From assembly GCA_001771275.1 (NCBI GenBank), contig METE01000002.1, positions 88,300 through 121,849 of the forward strand: a stretch of 33,550 nucleotides of DNA. Direction: 5' to 3'. A model generated the notes under the pieces. That model was not told where the DNA came from, did not search any database, and saw nothing but the letters and a program-made list of their open reading frames with translations. Of this stretch, positions 1-9,014 are shown one piece after another. Both the position numbers and the translations under genes were made by a program. Position 1 is the first letter of the stretch. Every line of letters starts with the position of its first letter. The DNA is from a candidate division Kazan bacterium RIFCSPLOWO2_01_FULL_48_13. GTDB lineage: Bacteria; Patescibacteriota; Kazan-3B-28; UBA10110.

Positions 1-268
1 TCTCGATGTTGCCGGTGGTTAACTTAGGGTTGCGATATTTGTCTCCGCGCTCTACAACCTGGCCAGTCACCGCCACCACATATTCTGGCCCTAATTCTTT
101 AGTGAGATGGGCCTTAGTATCATCAAAGACTGTCTGAATAACTCCAGACACATCTCGCAGGTCCATAAACACGATCCCGCCCATGTTGCGGATGCTGTGC
201 ACCCATCCTTTTAGCAAGATGTTTTTACCGACCTGTTTTACCGCGCGTAGGGCCAAACTCCTCTTCAT
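1..268 (-). CDS. aspS: Aspartate--tRNA ligase, 5' part (runs off the window start)
   Basis: Not in ORF track. Manual translation from ATG at 268: MKRSLALRAVKQVGKNILLKGWVHSIRNMGGIVFMDLRDVSGVIQTVF...EYVVAVTGQVVERGDKYRNPKLTTGNIE, the AspRS anticodon-binding OB fold. Confidence 0.88.
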   Translation of the reverse strand, partial: MKRSLALRAVKQVGKNILLKGWVHSIRNMGGIVFMDLRDVSGVIQTVFDDTKAHLTKELGPEYVVAVTGQVVERGDKYRNPKLTTGNIE

Positions 269-307
269 TTTTGGGATTTTACCTCCATATCATACCATAA
301 ACTATCA

Positions 308-495
308 GTTACTTTTCCGAGAAAAGTAACCAAAATCTTCCGCCAGTCGCCCTCGCTCCTCATCAGATAAAATATAGCTTTCCGCCTCTCGCTGAACTCC
401 CCATCCCCAGTTTCTGGAACTGGGGGATGGGTCAGACAACAGCTTCGGCAGCGCTAATTTTATCGATTCGGGACACTCGGGCTCCAATGGCGGAA
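308..495. repeat. Long-hairpin element, copy 1
   Basis: Hairpin GTTACTTTTC/GAAAAGTAAC (308-330), nested IRs TTCCGCCA/TGGCGGAA (338-345/488-495) and GATAAAAT/ATTTTATC (366-373/457-464), core CTGAACTC-[hairpin 400-431]-TCAGACAACAGC. Confidence 0.7.
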
Positions 496-505
496 ATTAG
501 GCAAA

Positions 506-793
506 TTATTTGCCGATCATCAATTTGGCCAGTGAGTTAAACACATTCTGCAAAATAGGAACGATCCCTGGGAATAGTACGATCACCAGCACAAACCACA
601 GCCAGTTCTTTTTGATCAGATTCCAGAGAAAGGCGGCCAACGCCAAAATGATGATGATCGAGATTACCCATTGATACTTTTCGGGGAAGATCCCCACAAA
701 CTGGTTATAAATATTAAAGATCCTCTCAAAAAAACCGGTAGTGGCTTCTTCGGTGACTTTGTTGACGATGGTGTTGGCAATAGTGTTATTCAT
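506..793 (-). CDS. Small membrane protein, hypothetical
   Basis: 95-aa ATG ORF with two hydrophobic segments. Confidence 0.75.
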   Translation of the reverse strand: MNNTIANTIVNKVTEEATTGFFERIFNIYNQFVGIFPEKYQWVISIIIILALAAFLWNLIKKNWLWFVLVIVLFPGIVPILQNVFNSLAKLMIGK

Positions 794-826
794 ATCACTA
801 ATAATATTTTATCACAATATTCTTTT

Positions 827-1029
827 TGCCACCCCATCCGTCGGCTGACGGACGGGGTGGCACCCCAAAAGACACCCCAATCACCGATTGCTACCCAAAC
901 AGCAAAAACTGCCTTACTTAGCGCTATTGGCTGAACTCGGTCATCTGTCCATACAGCTGACCTCAAACAACAGCCGCGCCGTAGTGGCAGTTTTGCTATT
1001 GGCTAACGCAATTGGTTCAATGGGTCGTC
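827..1029. repeat. Long-hairpin element, copy 2
   Basis: Hairpin TGCCACCCC/GGGGTGGCA (827-862), nested IRs (AGCAAAAACTGCC 901-913 / GGCAGTTTTGCT 986-997 and others), core CTGAACTC-[hairpin 939-962]-TCAAACAACAGC. Confidence 0.7.
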
Positions 1030-1051
1030 ACAAAACAAAAATAACGTCCCT

Positions 1052-1082
1052 CCTCTCCTCCCCTTGGCAAGGGGAGGAGAGG
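1052..1082. repeat. Palindromic repeat CCTCCCCTTGGCAAGGGGAGG (may also act as terminator)
   Basis: Perfect stem with short loop; identical 26-nt copy at 26229-26254, degenerate copy near 25246-25281; each lies downstream of a minus-strand stop codon. Confidence 0.8.
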
Positions 1083-1088
1083 GTGGGG

Positions 1089-2090
1089 TTATTTTGCCAT
1101 AGCTGCCTTAAACTGTTCCACCATATCAACTGGGGTGGGATCGATGCCGAGCTCCAAGGCCAGAAAATAAGATACCCAATCCATTAGCATTAAACTGCTC
1201 AGGACCTTTTCCAGATAATTATTTCCGATCATATTAATGATTTGGCTATTTATCCCCCGCCCTCGTAAGACGGTGGATAGCACCTCCATTCGGTGATTAA
1301 TGCTTGGGTGATCGCTGGCATCTTTTAACATTAGGGCAAAATAACGGCCTCCCTGCGGATTGGTAAAACCGAGCATCTCGTTATGGTTCATCTCTGGGAT
1401 AATATTCCAGAAGCAGGGCACCTTGCTGTTTTCGTTGATCTTGATCTTAGCGATCCGGGCCACTGGCCAGTAGTTGTCCGAGGCATAAATAAGCGGAGTG
1501 AGGCCAACTAACTGGTGAGCAATCTGCTGGCCGGTTTCTGCCAACCGTATCTGCCGCAACGCCGTGGCAGCGGTAATTAGCGCGGTGGCAGCTGATTCCG
1601 GCAAAATATTGGCATTGATTAATAGTTGGGTGAGCACGGCGATAACATAACCAGATGACATTCGCGGTTGAAAGTTCTCAGACTCTTTGGTTAGCCACAC
1701 CAACGGCAGTGAATTAGCTATGGCCAGTTCGGATAGTTTCCCCCCGGTAGTGATGACGGCTACTTGAGCGCCCTGTTTAAGCGCTGCGGCGGCGGCCGAA
1801 ATAGTTTCTTCGGTATTGCCAGAAAAAGATATGGCTATTACTAGTGTTTGGGGCGAAACCGGTTTAGGCAGATCGTAGCTACGATGGATCGAGAATGGCA
1901 CCCTGATATCCTGCTGAAAAAAGGCATAGACCAGATCGGGCGATAAGGCGCTGCCGCCGATTCCGGCGATTATGATTTCGTTTATATCTGGCGACAGATG
2001 AATATTTTTAGCTAAAGCCAGCCCTTTGGCAAACTGCTCCGGGTAGCCTACTATCATCGAATACATATCGGACGGATCTTTTGGGTTCAT
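1089..2090 (-). CDS. Bifunctional phosphoglucose/phosphomannose isomerase (SIS domains)
   Basis: Motifs GIGGSA, SFSGNTEET, QPR, INENSK, PEMNHNE, LGIDPTPV. Confidence 0.93.
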   Translation of the reverse strand: MNPKDPSDMYSMIVGYPEQFAKGLALAKNIHLSPDINEIIIAGIGGSALSPDLVYAFFQQDIRVPFSIHRSYDLPKPVSPQTLVIAISFSGNTEETISAAAAALKQGAQVAVITTGGKLSELAIANSLPLVWLTKESENFQPRMSSGYVIAVLTQLLINANILPESAATALITAATALRQIRLAETGQQIAHQLVGLTPLIYASDNYWPVARIAKIKINENSKVPCFWNIIPEMNHNEMLGFTNPQGGRYFALMLKDASDHPSINHRMEVLSTVLRGRGINSQIINMIGNNYLEKVLSSLMLMDWVSYFLALELGIDPTPVDMVEQFKAAMAK

Positions 2091-2181
2091 CGTCTTGATT
2101 TATTTAGAGACAACTAAACTTCTCTTACTGACCCCCAATATACAGAGCGACCGCTCTATATATTGGGAAGGGCGGTGAGGG

Positions 2182-3039
2182 TTATTGGGCCAGGGTTTTA
2201 ACATATTTTAGTTCTTTTATTCGGGCTGGGATGGCGCCCTTGGAGTCACCGCCGTAAGGCGTTTCCATAATAAATGGGAGTTGCCGCAGCTTAGGATGGT
2301 GGAGCAGGGCTTTAAAGCCAGCGGCACCGATATGGCCCCTCCCGATCAGCTCGTGGCGATCTTTTTTGGATCCCAGTTCAAATATTGCATCATTAATATG
2401 GATGAATTTAAGATGCTTGAGGCCGATCAGCTTATCAAATTTGCTAACTAACGCATCGATATCTTTTTTAGTACGCAGGTCGATGCCAGAAACAAATAAA
2501 TGACAAGTATCCAAGCAAAAGCCGAACCGTTTTTTATTCTTTATCCCCTGCCAGATTTGCGCCAACTCCTCGATCGTATCTCCGATCCGGTGGCCCGCGC
2601 CGGCATCGTTTTCGATGATTAAAGAGATGGGATACTTCTCATCACTTAATTCGGCTAATCGGTTGAGGGTTTCGGTGGTTAGCCTAACCCCTTCGGCATT
2701 ACTATTTTGATTACTACCACAGTGAAAATTATAGCCGTCCGCTTTAATTGCGTGAGCGGTGCGAATCTCCTCCTTCATCTTTTTTAGGCTCATGCGCCGA
2801 AGCGTATCTTTATGGCTAGCTGGATTAGGTAGATAAGCGGAGTGGACAAGGACTTTTTCCACCTTTGATTTGGCCAAAGCATCCTGATATTTTTTTATCT
2901 CGGATGGATCAACCACTGATGTTTGCCAAACTTGTGGGCTGCCCACAAAGATCTGGATGGCGTTACAGCCGATAGTTTCGGCTTCAGCGATAGCCCTATG
3001 CAACCCCCCAGCCGCCGAGACATGATAACCAATCAGCAT
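2182..3039 (-). CDS. nfo: Endonuclease IV (AP endonuclease)
   Basis: GYHVSAAGG, HSAYLPN, FHCG, IENDAG, CLDTCH, HINDA, DRHELIG, METP motifs. Confidence 0.95.
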   Translation of the reverse strand: MLIGYHVSAAGGLHRAIAEAETIGCNAIQIFVGSPQVWQTSVVDPSEIKKYQDALAKSKVEKVLVHSAYLPNPASHKDTLRRMSLKKMKEEIRTAHAIKADGYNFHCGSNQNSNAEGVRLTTETLNRLAELSDEKYPISLIIENDAGAGHRIGDTIEELAQIWQGIKNKKRFGFCLDTCHLFVSGIDLRTKKDIDALVSKFDKLIGLKHLKFIHINDAIFELGSKKDRHELIGRGHIGAAGFKALLHHPKLRQLPFIMETPYGGDSKGAIPARIKELKYVKTLAQ

Positions 3040-3046
3040 ATGTGTA

Positions 3047-4099
3047 TTATCTCAGGGAGTTGCGGATTATATCTACCACCGACCAGTTGTTACCGCTATC
3101 GTTGCCGATAGTTACCACAAAATTATGCTCATTAACGACAAAGTCTCGCCTAATGGTACCGGTGTCACTCAGCGACCTAATAAACAGGTGCTTGTAGGGG
3201 TGGTTTTTAGCCGTGTACAGCGTGCTGGATATTTCTGGAGTTCCCCAAATCCCTGGATTAAGATCGGCGATAAAGTTTTGAATTGCTTGGTCTATAGTAG
3301 TGCCGGCATTGCGAACCAAATGAACACCCAACGGATAGTCGCCTTCCATTGGGACGGATGGGCTACTGAGATAAATTGCAGAGCTGAACACGCTACTATT
3401 CTCTTCGCTGAGAGAAAAATCGCGAGCAATTTCCCAGTTGTTAGGATAATCGAATACTAAATCTGAGCCCTGAGGGTTATAAGTCTTTATCTGCGAGGGG
3501 TTGTTTCCGATTACAAATCGGAACAATATGGATCTATATTTATGATTAACTCCTTTTGGCGTTACCCGATAGCCCCACTCGTCATGCTCTCTAACTAATG
3601 ATAGGACCAGATCGTATGTGCCATTTGGTGTATTATCAGCGACCCTCACCGTCCAACTTAGATCCATGATCCCGCCTTTATTGACGGGAGCGCCATCATA
3701 GTAGGCCAAGCGGTTGCCATTAATTACAAAACTGGACGCATCCAAAAAAGATGGTTTATTATCCATCGGATCCCAGGTCCCGATACCAATAGCATGAGCA
3801 TTGGGATAGCTGGGGCCCTCTTTTATCAGCGCGCTTTTGCCATACCAAACTTCAGCCCGCGGGTTGCGCGATCGATTTCTTACTTTAACCGACATCTGGA
3901 TAGTTGCTCCTGGCGGAGTATTAATAATTGAATAAGGATAGCCGTCGGGGGTAAGCTGCTCGATCCCGCTTTGGCCCATCAATTCCCAGGCTAAAGAACG
4001 CGGCAGTTGCTCGAAGGCGATAACTGATGGTACGCCCGACCAGATTTGGCTGGTTAGTAGAGCCACGATCAGCCATAGAATTATTCGCGCTTTGTTCAT
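3047..4099 (-). CDS. Secreted hypothetical protein
   Basis: ATG at 4099 preceded by GGAG; signal-peptide-like N-terminus MNKARIILWLIVALL; beta-rich body; C-terminal FDYPNNW resembles PsbP-like domains (weak). Confidence 0.7.
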   Translation of the reverse strand: MNKARIILWLIVALLTSQIWSGVPSVIAFEQLPRSLAWELMGQSGIEQLTPDGYPYSIINTPPGATIQMSVKVRNRSRNPRAEVWYGKSALIKEGPSYPNAHAIGIGTWDPMDNKPSFLDASSFVINGNRLAYYDGAPVNKGGIMDLSWTVRVADNTPNGTYDLVLSLVREHDEWGYRVTPKGVNHKYRSILFRFVIGNNPSQIKTYNPQGSDLVFDYPNNWEIARDFSLSEENSSVFSSAIYLSSPSVPMEGDYPLGVHLVRNAGTTIDQAIQNFIADLNPGIWGTPEISSTLYTAKNHPYKHLFIRSLSDTGTIRRDFVVNEHNFVVTIGNDSGNNWSVVDIIRNSLR

Positions 4100-4200
4100 A
4101 TCTCCTCCAGATATTAATTGTCGGCTACACATTGATTATATCTTTAAATTTGGTCGAGCGGAGATTGGATAGTTGTACTACCATCTAATACAGCATGGGG

Positions 4201-4650
4201 TTAATGAATCGTGGTCTCATTGGATGCGTTTGCTTCTTGAATGGCTGCTTCCCTAAACTCCCGCCAGGCTGGCATATCCCAGGCCTTCGCGTCACTGAGT
4301 GTTGGGTGGTGAGGCAGCGTTCCGTGACATTCTATTTTGGATGAGTCCCGGGTGTCTTTGGCTGGTGCCACAAAGTGAACCGGATCATCTTCCGGTGTGA
4401 TCTCTGGTGGATCAATTAGGCGACCATCACCGTTGCCACATATCCAATAAAAAGGGATTTTTCGAGCGGGCTGGTCGTTATTGCCTTCCACCTCGGTCCA
4501 TTCCAAAATAACGCCACCCCTTTTTGAGAAATTCTCTTCTCGGTATTTAATATCGTCTTGCTCGGCCTGTTCTAACCGCTCGGCCCGCCGCCGCAGGGTT
4601 TCCCGCCAATTCTTAGGCACTGCCTCTCCGTGCTTAGGTATGAACAACAT
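4201..4650 (-). CDS. Hypothetical protein
   Basis: 149-aa ATG ORF with AGGAG upstream; no recognised family. Confidence 0.6.
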   Translation of the reverse strand: MLFIPKHGEAVPKNWRETLRRRAERLEQAEQDDIKYREENFSKRGGVILEWTEVEGNNDQPARKIPFYWICGNGDGRLIDPPEITPEDDPVHFVAPAKDTRDSSKIECHGTLPHHPTLSDAKAWDMPAWREFREAAIQEANASNETTIH

Positions 4651-4743
4651 ACGGCGGAGCTCCTCTTGGTTATGTCTTTAGTTTATCAGAAAAGTCGGCT
4701 ATGCTCTTAAATGTATCGAATGCCCCCTGTATAATAAGTGCGA

Positions 4744-4818
4744 GGCGCCATCGTCTAGTGGTTAGGACGCCAGGTTCTCATCCTGGTAACCGGAGTTCGA
4801 CTCTCCGTGGCGCTACCA
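4744..4818 (+). tRNA. tRNA-Glu(CTC)
   Basis: Acceptor GGCGCCA/TGGCGCT, anticodon arm CCAGG-TT-CTC-AT-CCTGG, T-loop GTTCGACT, encoded CCA; TATAAT just upstream. Confidence 0.97.
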
Positions 4819-5000
4819 GCCTACGCCAAGGCTACGGCCGGCTTCGCCATAAATTCCGCTCCTGGAGCGGTTTTGACTATATCTCCATATTTGATAGGAT
4901 AAGGGGTCGAGAGGTGGCTGATGGGGGTTGGTCTCCTCAACAACACCTTGAAAACGAGTAAGCTTACTGAATTCTAAATACCCTGAAGGAGGGATTTGCC

Positions 5001-5807
5001 ATGGCAAGAGATGGTAGCCTATCACTGGCAGAAAGGATTATAATCCCGCTGGATTTTTCAAGACCAGAGGAGGCTTTTGGCGTTGTGGAGATGCTAGTGT
5101 CATCGGGATGCTGGTTCAAGCTGGGGCTCGAGGCTATTACAGCCTCACTGAACCCAGATGTTCCGATCGTGGCTAACTGCATCAAGCTGATTAAACGGGA
5201 AGGTGGCCGAATCTTCTTTGACGGAAAATTCTGCGATATACCCAATACGGTCGGAGCCGCCGCCGCCAACGCAGCGGCGCTGGGGGGAGTTGATGCATTT
5301 AATATGCACGCCTGGTCTGGTCGCAAGGCTATGCTGAAAGCAGTGGCTAATCGAGGCCAGGCCGAGGTGTGGGTGGTGACGCTGCTTACATCCTTGGGCT
5401 ACGAAGACTTGGCTGATCTGGGATTCTTTGGAATGCCATCGAACATGATGACTGGATATGCAAAAGAGGGGAAAATACAGTATCTTGTTAGACGGATGGC
5501 GGTGGTGGCAAAGGAGTGCGGCTGTCAGGGAATTATCTGTAGCCCACGAGAATTGCCGGCACTCCAAGACATCTCGCTGACTAAGATAACCCCGGGTGTT
5601 CGTCCAGAGTGGGCTTCTCAGGATGACCAGAAACGGATCATGACTCCGCGCGAGGCAATCGCGAAAGGAGCTGACTTTTTGGTTATCGGACGACCGATTA
5701 CTTCTCCGCCCCCCACAATGGGTGGCCCAAAAGAAGCATTCAATCGCGTGCTCGACGAGATTTTGCTTGGCTTGGAAGAGCGCCCTCTCGGCAAGGTAGG
5801 TGCGTGA
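5001..5807 (+). CDS. pyrF: Orotidine-5'-phosphate decarboxylase
   Basis: DGKFCDIPNTV (DxKxxDIPNT), VTLLTS, TPGVRP, DDQKR, VIGRPI; GGAGG upstream. Confidence 0.95.
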   Translation: MARDGSLSLAERIIIPLDFSRPEEAFGVVEMLVSSGCWFKLGLEAITASLNPDVPIVANCIKLIKREGGRIFFDGKFCDIPNTVGAAAANAAALGGVDAFNMHAWSGRKAMLKAVANRGQAEVWVVTLLTSLGYEDLADLGFFGMPSNMMTGYAKEGKIQYLVRRMAVVAKECGCQGIICSPRELPALQDISLTKITPGVRPEWASQDDQKRIMTPREAIAKGADFLVIGRPITSPPPTMGGPKEAFNRVLDEILLGLEERPLGKVGA

Positions 5808-6592
5808 TGAACTCTAACCTTAATCTGGTAAGCCAAGAGCTACTGTTGAAGTTCCTGGCGGAGCACAACGCCTACTATGAGTGTCCCAAAGACGAGACTG
5901 GAAAACGGCTGGGGCCACTGGTCGGTTACGCCGGCAAGTATTTAAAGCCCGGTGGGTCGACATATGTCAGCGAGCAGGCAAACTATGTTGGCGAAGTCTA
6001 CTACAACATCGCCGCCCTCGAGCGTAAACCCCAGAAGCTGCGGAAGCTGACTGGCTTGCTATCGGACATCGTTCGCTCCGAGAGGGTACATGGTCGGCTG
6101 CGCCACACGGCGCAATCGGACATTGTTCTTTTGGCAGCACCGATGGGTGGACTAAGCTGCGCCCTGCAACTGTCAGAGAACCTTGATTTGGACTACACCT
6201 TCGCTGAGAAGAAGGTGACTAAAGCAGCGACCGAAGATGGTCAGCGCGAGGAATCGGTACTGGTTATGGGTCGTCACGAAATCTGCCCGGGCCAGGAAGT
6301 CTTCTTGGTTGAGGATGTATGCAACAATTTCTCAACCACCAAGGCGATTAAGCACCTGGTAGAATCGTTCGGGGCCAAGTTGGTCAGAATCATCTGCTTA
6401 GTTAACCGCTCACCGGCGGATAGCTGGGAAGGTATTCCAGTCATTTCGCTTGGCCACATTCCTACGGCTCAATACCAGCAAGGGGATCCATTCGTCGTCG
6501 ACGATGTCGCTGCCGGCAATGTGGTGTGGAAACCGAAGCTCAAGTGGCCTGAGCTGATGGAGACCATGCGACGAGCGGCCAACACTGCATGA
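5804..6592 (+). CDS. Type I phosphoribosyltransferase, probable orotate PRTase (divergent)
   Basis: Overlaps pyrF stop; AAPMGG, FAEKK and PRPP loop VFLVEDVCNNFSTT; adjacency to pyrF suggests PyrE function. Confidence 0.75.
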   Translation: MMNSNLNLVSQELLLKFLAEHNAYYECPKDETGKRLGPLVGYAGKYLKPGGSTYVSEQANYVGEVYYNIAALERKPQKLRKLTGLLSDIVRSERVHGRLRHTAQSDIVLLAAPMGGLSCALQLSENLDLDYTFAEKKVTKAATEDGQREESVLVMGRHEICPGQEVFLVEDVCNNFSTTKAIKHLVESFGAKLVRIICLVNRSPADSWEGIPVISLGHIPTAQYQQGDPFVVDDVAAGNVVWKPKLKWPELMETMRRAANTA

Positions 6593-6620
6593 GCTGCAGC
6601 TTTCCAATCACACCATCATT

Positions 6621-6653
6621 CCGGGTGCGCTTGACCAGCGCCCCGGGTTTTTT
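6621..6653 (+). terminator. Rho-independent terminator after pyrF-PRTase
   Basis: CCGGGTGCGCT/AGCGCCCCGG stem followed by T6. Confidence 0.75.
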
Positions 6654-6679
6654 ATTGTCAAAATTGCTTACACAAATTT

Positions 6680-6934
6680 GTCATTCCCGCTTTACCCGTC
6701 ATCCTGGCTTGCCGCGCCCCGTAGTGAGCTCTGCTCTACTACTGGGGTCCAGGATCTTATATTAGATTCTGGATGCGTCCGTCGGCTGACGGACTTACCA
6801 GAATGACGAAAGCAGAGAACTTGGAGTGACAAGGGGATAATCTTTTATTGTCATTGCGAGGGTGTTAGCCCGCGGCAATCTACTCCACAGAGATTGCTTC
6901 ATCGTCCGTCAGCTGACGGACTTCTCGCAATGAC
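6680..6934. repeat. Cluster of REP-like GTCAT...ATGAC hairpins with nested micro-insertions
   Basis: GTCATTCCC, GTCATCCTGG...CCAGGATC, GATTCTGG...CCAGAATGAC, GTCATTGCGAG...CTCGCAATGAC; nested elements at 6717-6747, 6777-6794, 6904-6921. Confidence 0.85.
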
Positions 6935-6999
6935 GAGTACAGTGAGTGAGTACTCAAAATCCCGGCAAGCCGGGACATTGAGTTGGAGTGCAAAGTTAA

Positions 7000-7197
7000 T
7001 TACTTCTTCTTCAGGATGGGCAAACCGGTACGGGCACTCTCGATGACCTTGTAGCCCTCGGGTACTGCATCGCAGGCGCCGACGCTGGCAACCTTGGCAA
7101 AGTAATAAATCATCTGCTTGCGTCCCCCCTTAAGGCTTACATTCTTGCTGTGCAAGAAGTAAGTGTTACCCTTGCTGTTCCTATGACTGTAGGCCAT
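7000..7197 (-). CDS. Small basic hypothetical protein
   Basis: 65 aa, GGAGGAGG upstream, downstream hairpin near 6952-6983; YFLH/IYYFAK/TGLP pattern looks like a real conserved small protein. Confidence 0.75.
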   Translation of the reverse strand: MAYSHRNSKGNTYFLHSKNVSLKGGRKQMIYYFAKVASVGACDAVPEGYKVIESARTGLPILKKK

Positions 7198-7332
7198 GTG
7201 CCTCCTCCCGAAGTTATTAATTATATACCAACATCTTAGACTCTATCAGATATGCACTCCTGTTGTAAAGGTGTTTTCCACCTATGGGAAAAGGCACCAG
7301 ATGGGGTGTCTAATTTTGCTTATCTGGAGTAT

Positions 7333-7376
7333 AAAAAACGGGAGATTGGTTGTGGGGACAACCAAGAGCTCCCGGG
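7333..7376 (-). terminator. Rho-independent terminator after purF
   Basis: Minus strand CGGGAG..TTGGTTGT CCCC ACAACCAA..CTCCCG then T6. Confidence 0.7.
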
Positions 7377-7406
7377 CTACTTTATAGTAACCATAAGATT
7401 AAACGA

Positions 7407-8834
7407 TTAAACCTCGGCCCGGCCAGCCGGAACCGGCAAAGGGTAGTCGCCGGTAAAGCAAGCTGTGCAGAATTCGGTGGATCCCATTACCCCGAAGATG
7501 GCCGGCAGGTCTAGATAGAGCAGATAGTCAGCACCGAGCTCGGCACGAACCTCGTCGTCCGTTTTGTTGTGAGCGATCAGCCTATCCTCGTCGGGTGTAT
7601 TGATGCCCATATAGCAGGCGTGGCGATGAGCCGGCGCCGTAACTGCATAGATAACACCAGCCGCCCCCGCCTCCCATAGTTGACGCACTATCTCTCTGCC
7701 TTGATCACCGCGGACGATTGAATCGTCGCTGACCAACACCCATTTATCCAGCACCTCGTCCGGATTGACAGTGAATCGACGCTCGATCATCTCCAGTCGG
7801 CTCATACTATCCCCTTGGAAGATACGCTCCGAGAAGCGATCCTTCAGAACCACCGTGATCATTGGAACAAATCTATGAGCATACTCGTAGAAACCAATCG
7901 AAGCTCCTTCGGCCGATGGTCCGCCAGAGAATGGCACCGAGCTGACCAGATCGGGCATCGGCCATCCTAATTCGATGATCCGCTTGGCGATCTGCTTGCC
8001 TAATTGACGGCGGATGGTATCTACCAACTGTCCGGTATTGTGCCGAGAGTCGGGCCGGGAAAAATAGAATCTTTCCATTAGGCACTCGTGCCGGTCGGGG
8101 GCGCAGACCGGGATTTCCTGCACTGAGCCGTCTGGTGAAATGATCAGGAGAGAGCCGGGCTTTACTTCCTGAACCTTGCCGTACTGAGCCAGTAAAGCCG
8201 ATTCCGAACAGACAAGGGCATGGGTATCCGTCTTTACCCAGAAGAGCGGACGAAACCCAAACTTGTCGCGGGCAGCGAACAGCCGCTTGCTGGGAGTGAT
8301 CGCCACTAAAGAGTAGGCCGCGGGCAACTCCCTCATCATTTTTGCAAAGGCATCGGCTTCGTTTAGTTTATCGATCCGCATGGCGGAGCCAATATACTTC
8401 ACAATAACCTCCGCATCGCAGTTCGAGCCGAAAACACAACCACGATTCCGTTTTAGCCATTCGCGCCATTCGTCCAGCATTGGGATGTCCCCATTACTAG
8501 CGAGTAGCAGATTGTGGCCACCATCGTCATCGTAGAGTGGTTGGGCATTGCGCTGGATGCGCTTGGCGGCCGTCGAGTATTGCACGTGGCCAATGCCAAC
8601 ATCCCCCGCTCCTACCCCTTCCTTGAGGTGGCCGATCTCGTGCAGATCAGTCAGCCATTTGGTGGCTGCCATTGGTTTCTTGCGATGATAGGCAACCGAG
8701 CCAGGTTGCCGGCTGTTAATAATGGCCAACCCGGTGGAGTTTCTTCCCCTGTTCTGTATGTGGATCAATTTGTTGATGATGGTATCCAGTACATCATCAC
8801 CAACAAAGCTGACAATACCGATGACTCCGCACAT
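7407..8834 (-). CDS. purF: Amidophosphoribosyltransferase (Fe-S type, divergent)
   Basis: N-terminal MCG nucleophile, GHVQYST, NAQP, RDKFGFRPL, YFSRPDS, DDSIVRG, Cys in HEC, ACYMGI and CTACF. Confidence 0.9.
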   Translation of the reverse strand: MCGVIGIVSFVGDDVLDTIINKLIHIQNRGRNSTGLAIINSRQPGSVAYHRKKPMAATKWLTDLHEIGHLKEGVGAGDVGIGHVQYSTAAKRIQRNAQPLYDDDGGHNLLLASNGDIPMLDEWREWLKRNRGCVFGSNCDAEVIVKYIGSAMRIDKLNEADAFAKMMRELPAAYSLVAITPSKRLFAARDKFGFRPLFWVKTDTHALVCSESALLAQYGKVQEVKPGSLLIISPDGSVQEIPVCAPDRHECLMERFYFSRPDSRHNTGQLVDTIRRQLGKQIAKRIIELGWPMPDLVSSVPFSGGPSAEGASIGFYEYAHRFVPMITVVLKDRFSERIFQGDSMSRLEMIERRFTVNPDEVLDKWVLVSDDSIVRGDQGREIVRQLWEAGAAGVIYAVTAPAHRHACYMGINTPDEDRLIAHNKTDDEVRAELGADYLLYLDLPAIFGVMGSTEFCTACFTGDYPLPVPAGRAEV

Positions 8835-9014
8835 TTTGGACCTCCATCCAATGAAATTAAGAACAACCTAATTGGCAAAGAGCCAACGAACGCCCGTCAG
8901 ACCATGCGGCCTGACATTTAATTCTAATCGATTTTCCTAAAAGCTCAACCCCATAGAAGATTTGGGGAGATACCGCTTAATTCGGCAAAGCTATCCCCAA
9001 AATTCTCTACTGGG

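Noticed and set aside
305-487. 60-aa minus-strand ORF
   Set aside because: It coincides with the long-hairpin repeat, has a TTG start without RBS, and is better explained as non-coding.
4701-5025. ORFs 4701-4961 (+) and 4813-5025 (-)
   Set aside because: They overlap tRNA-Glu and the pyrF leader and show no protein motifs.
6680-6934. CRISPR array among the clustered repeats
   Set aside because: No regularly spaced direct repeats with unique spacers and no cas genes; the repeats are nested palindromes.
8835-8945. Possible purine, ZTP or PRPP riboswitch upstream of purF
   Set aside because: Only a short hairpin (GTCAGACC/GGCCTGAC) is visible; I could not match consensus nucleotides of those classes.
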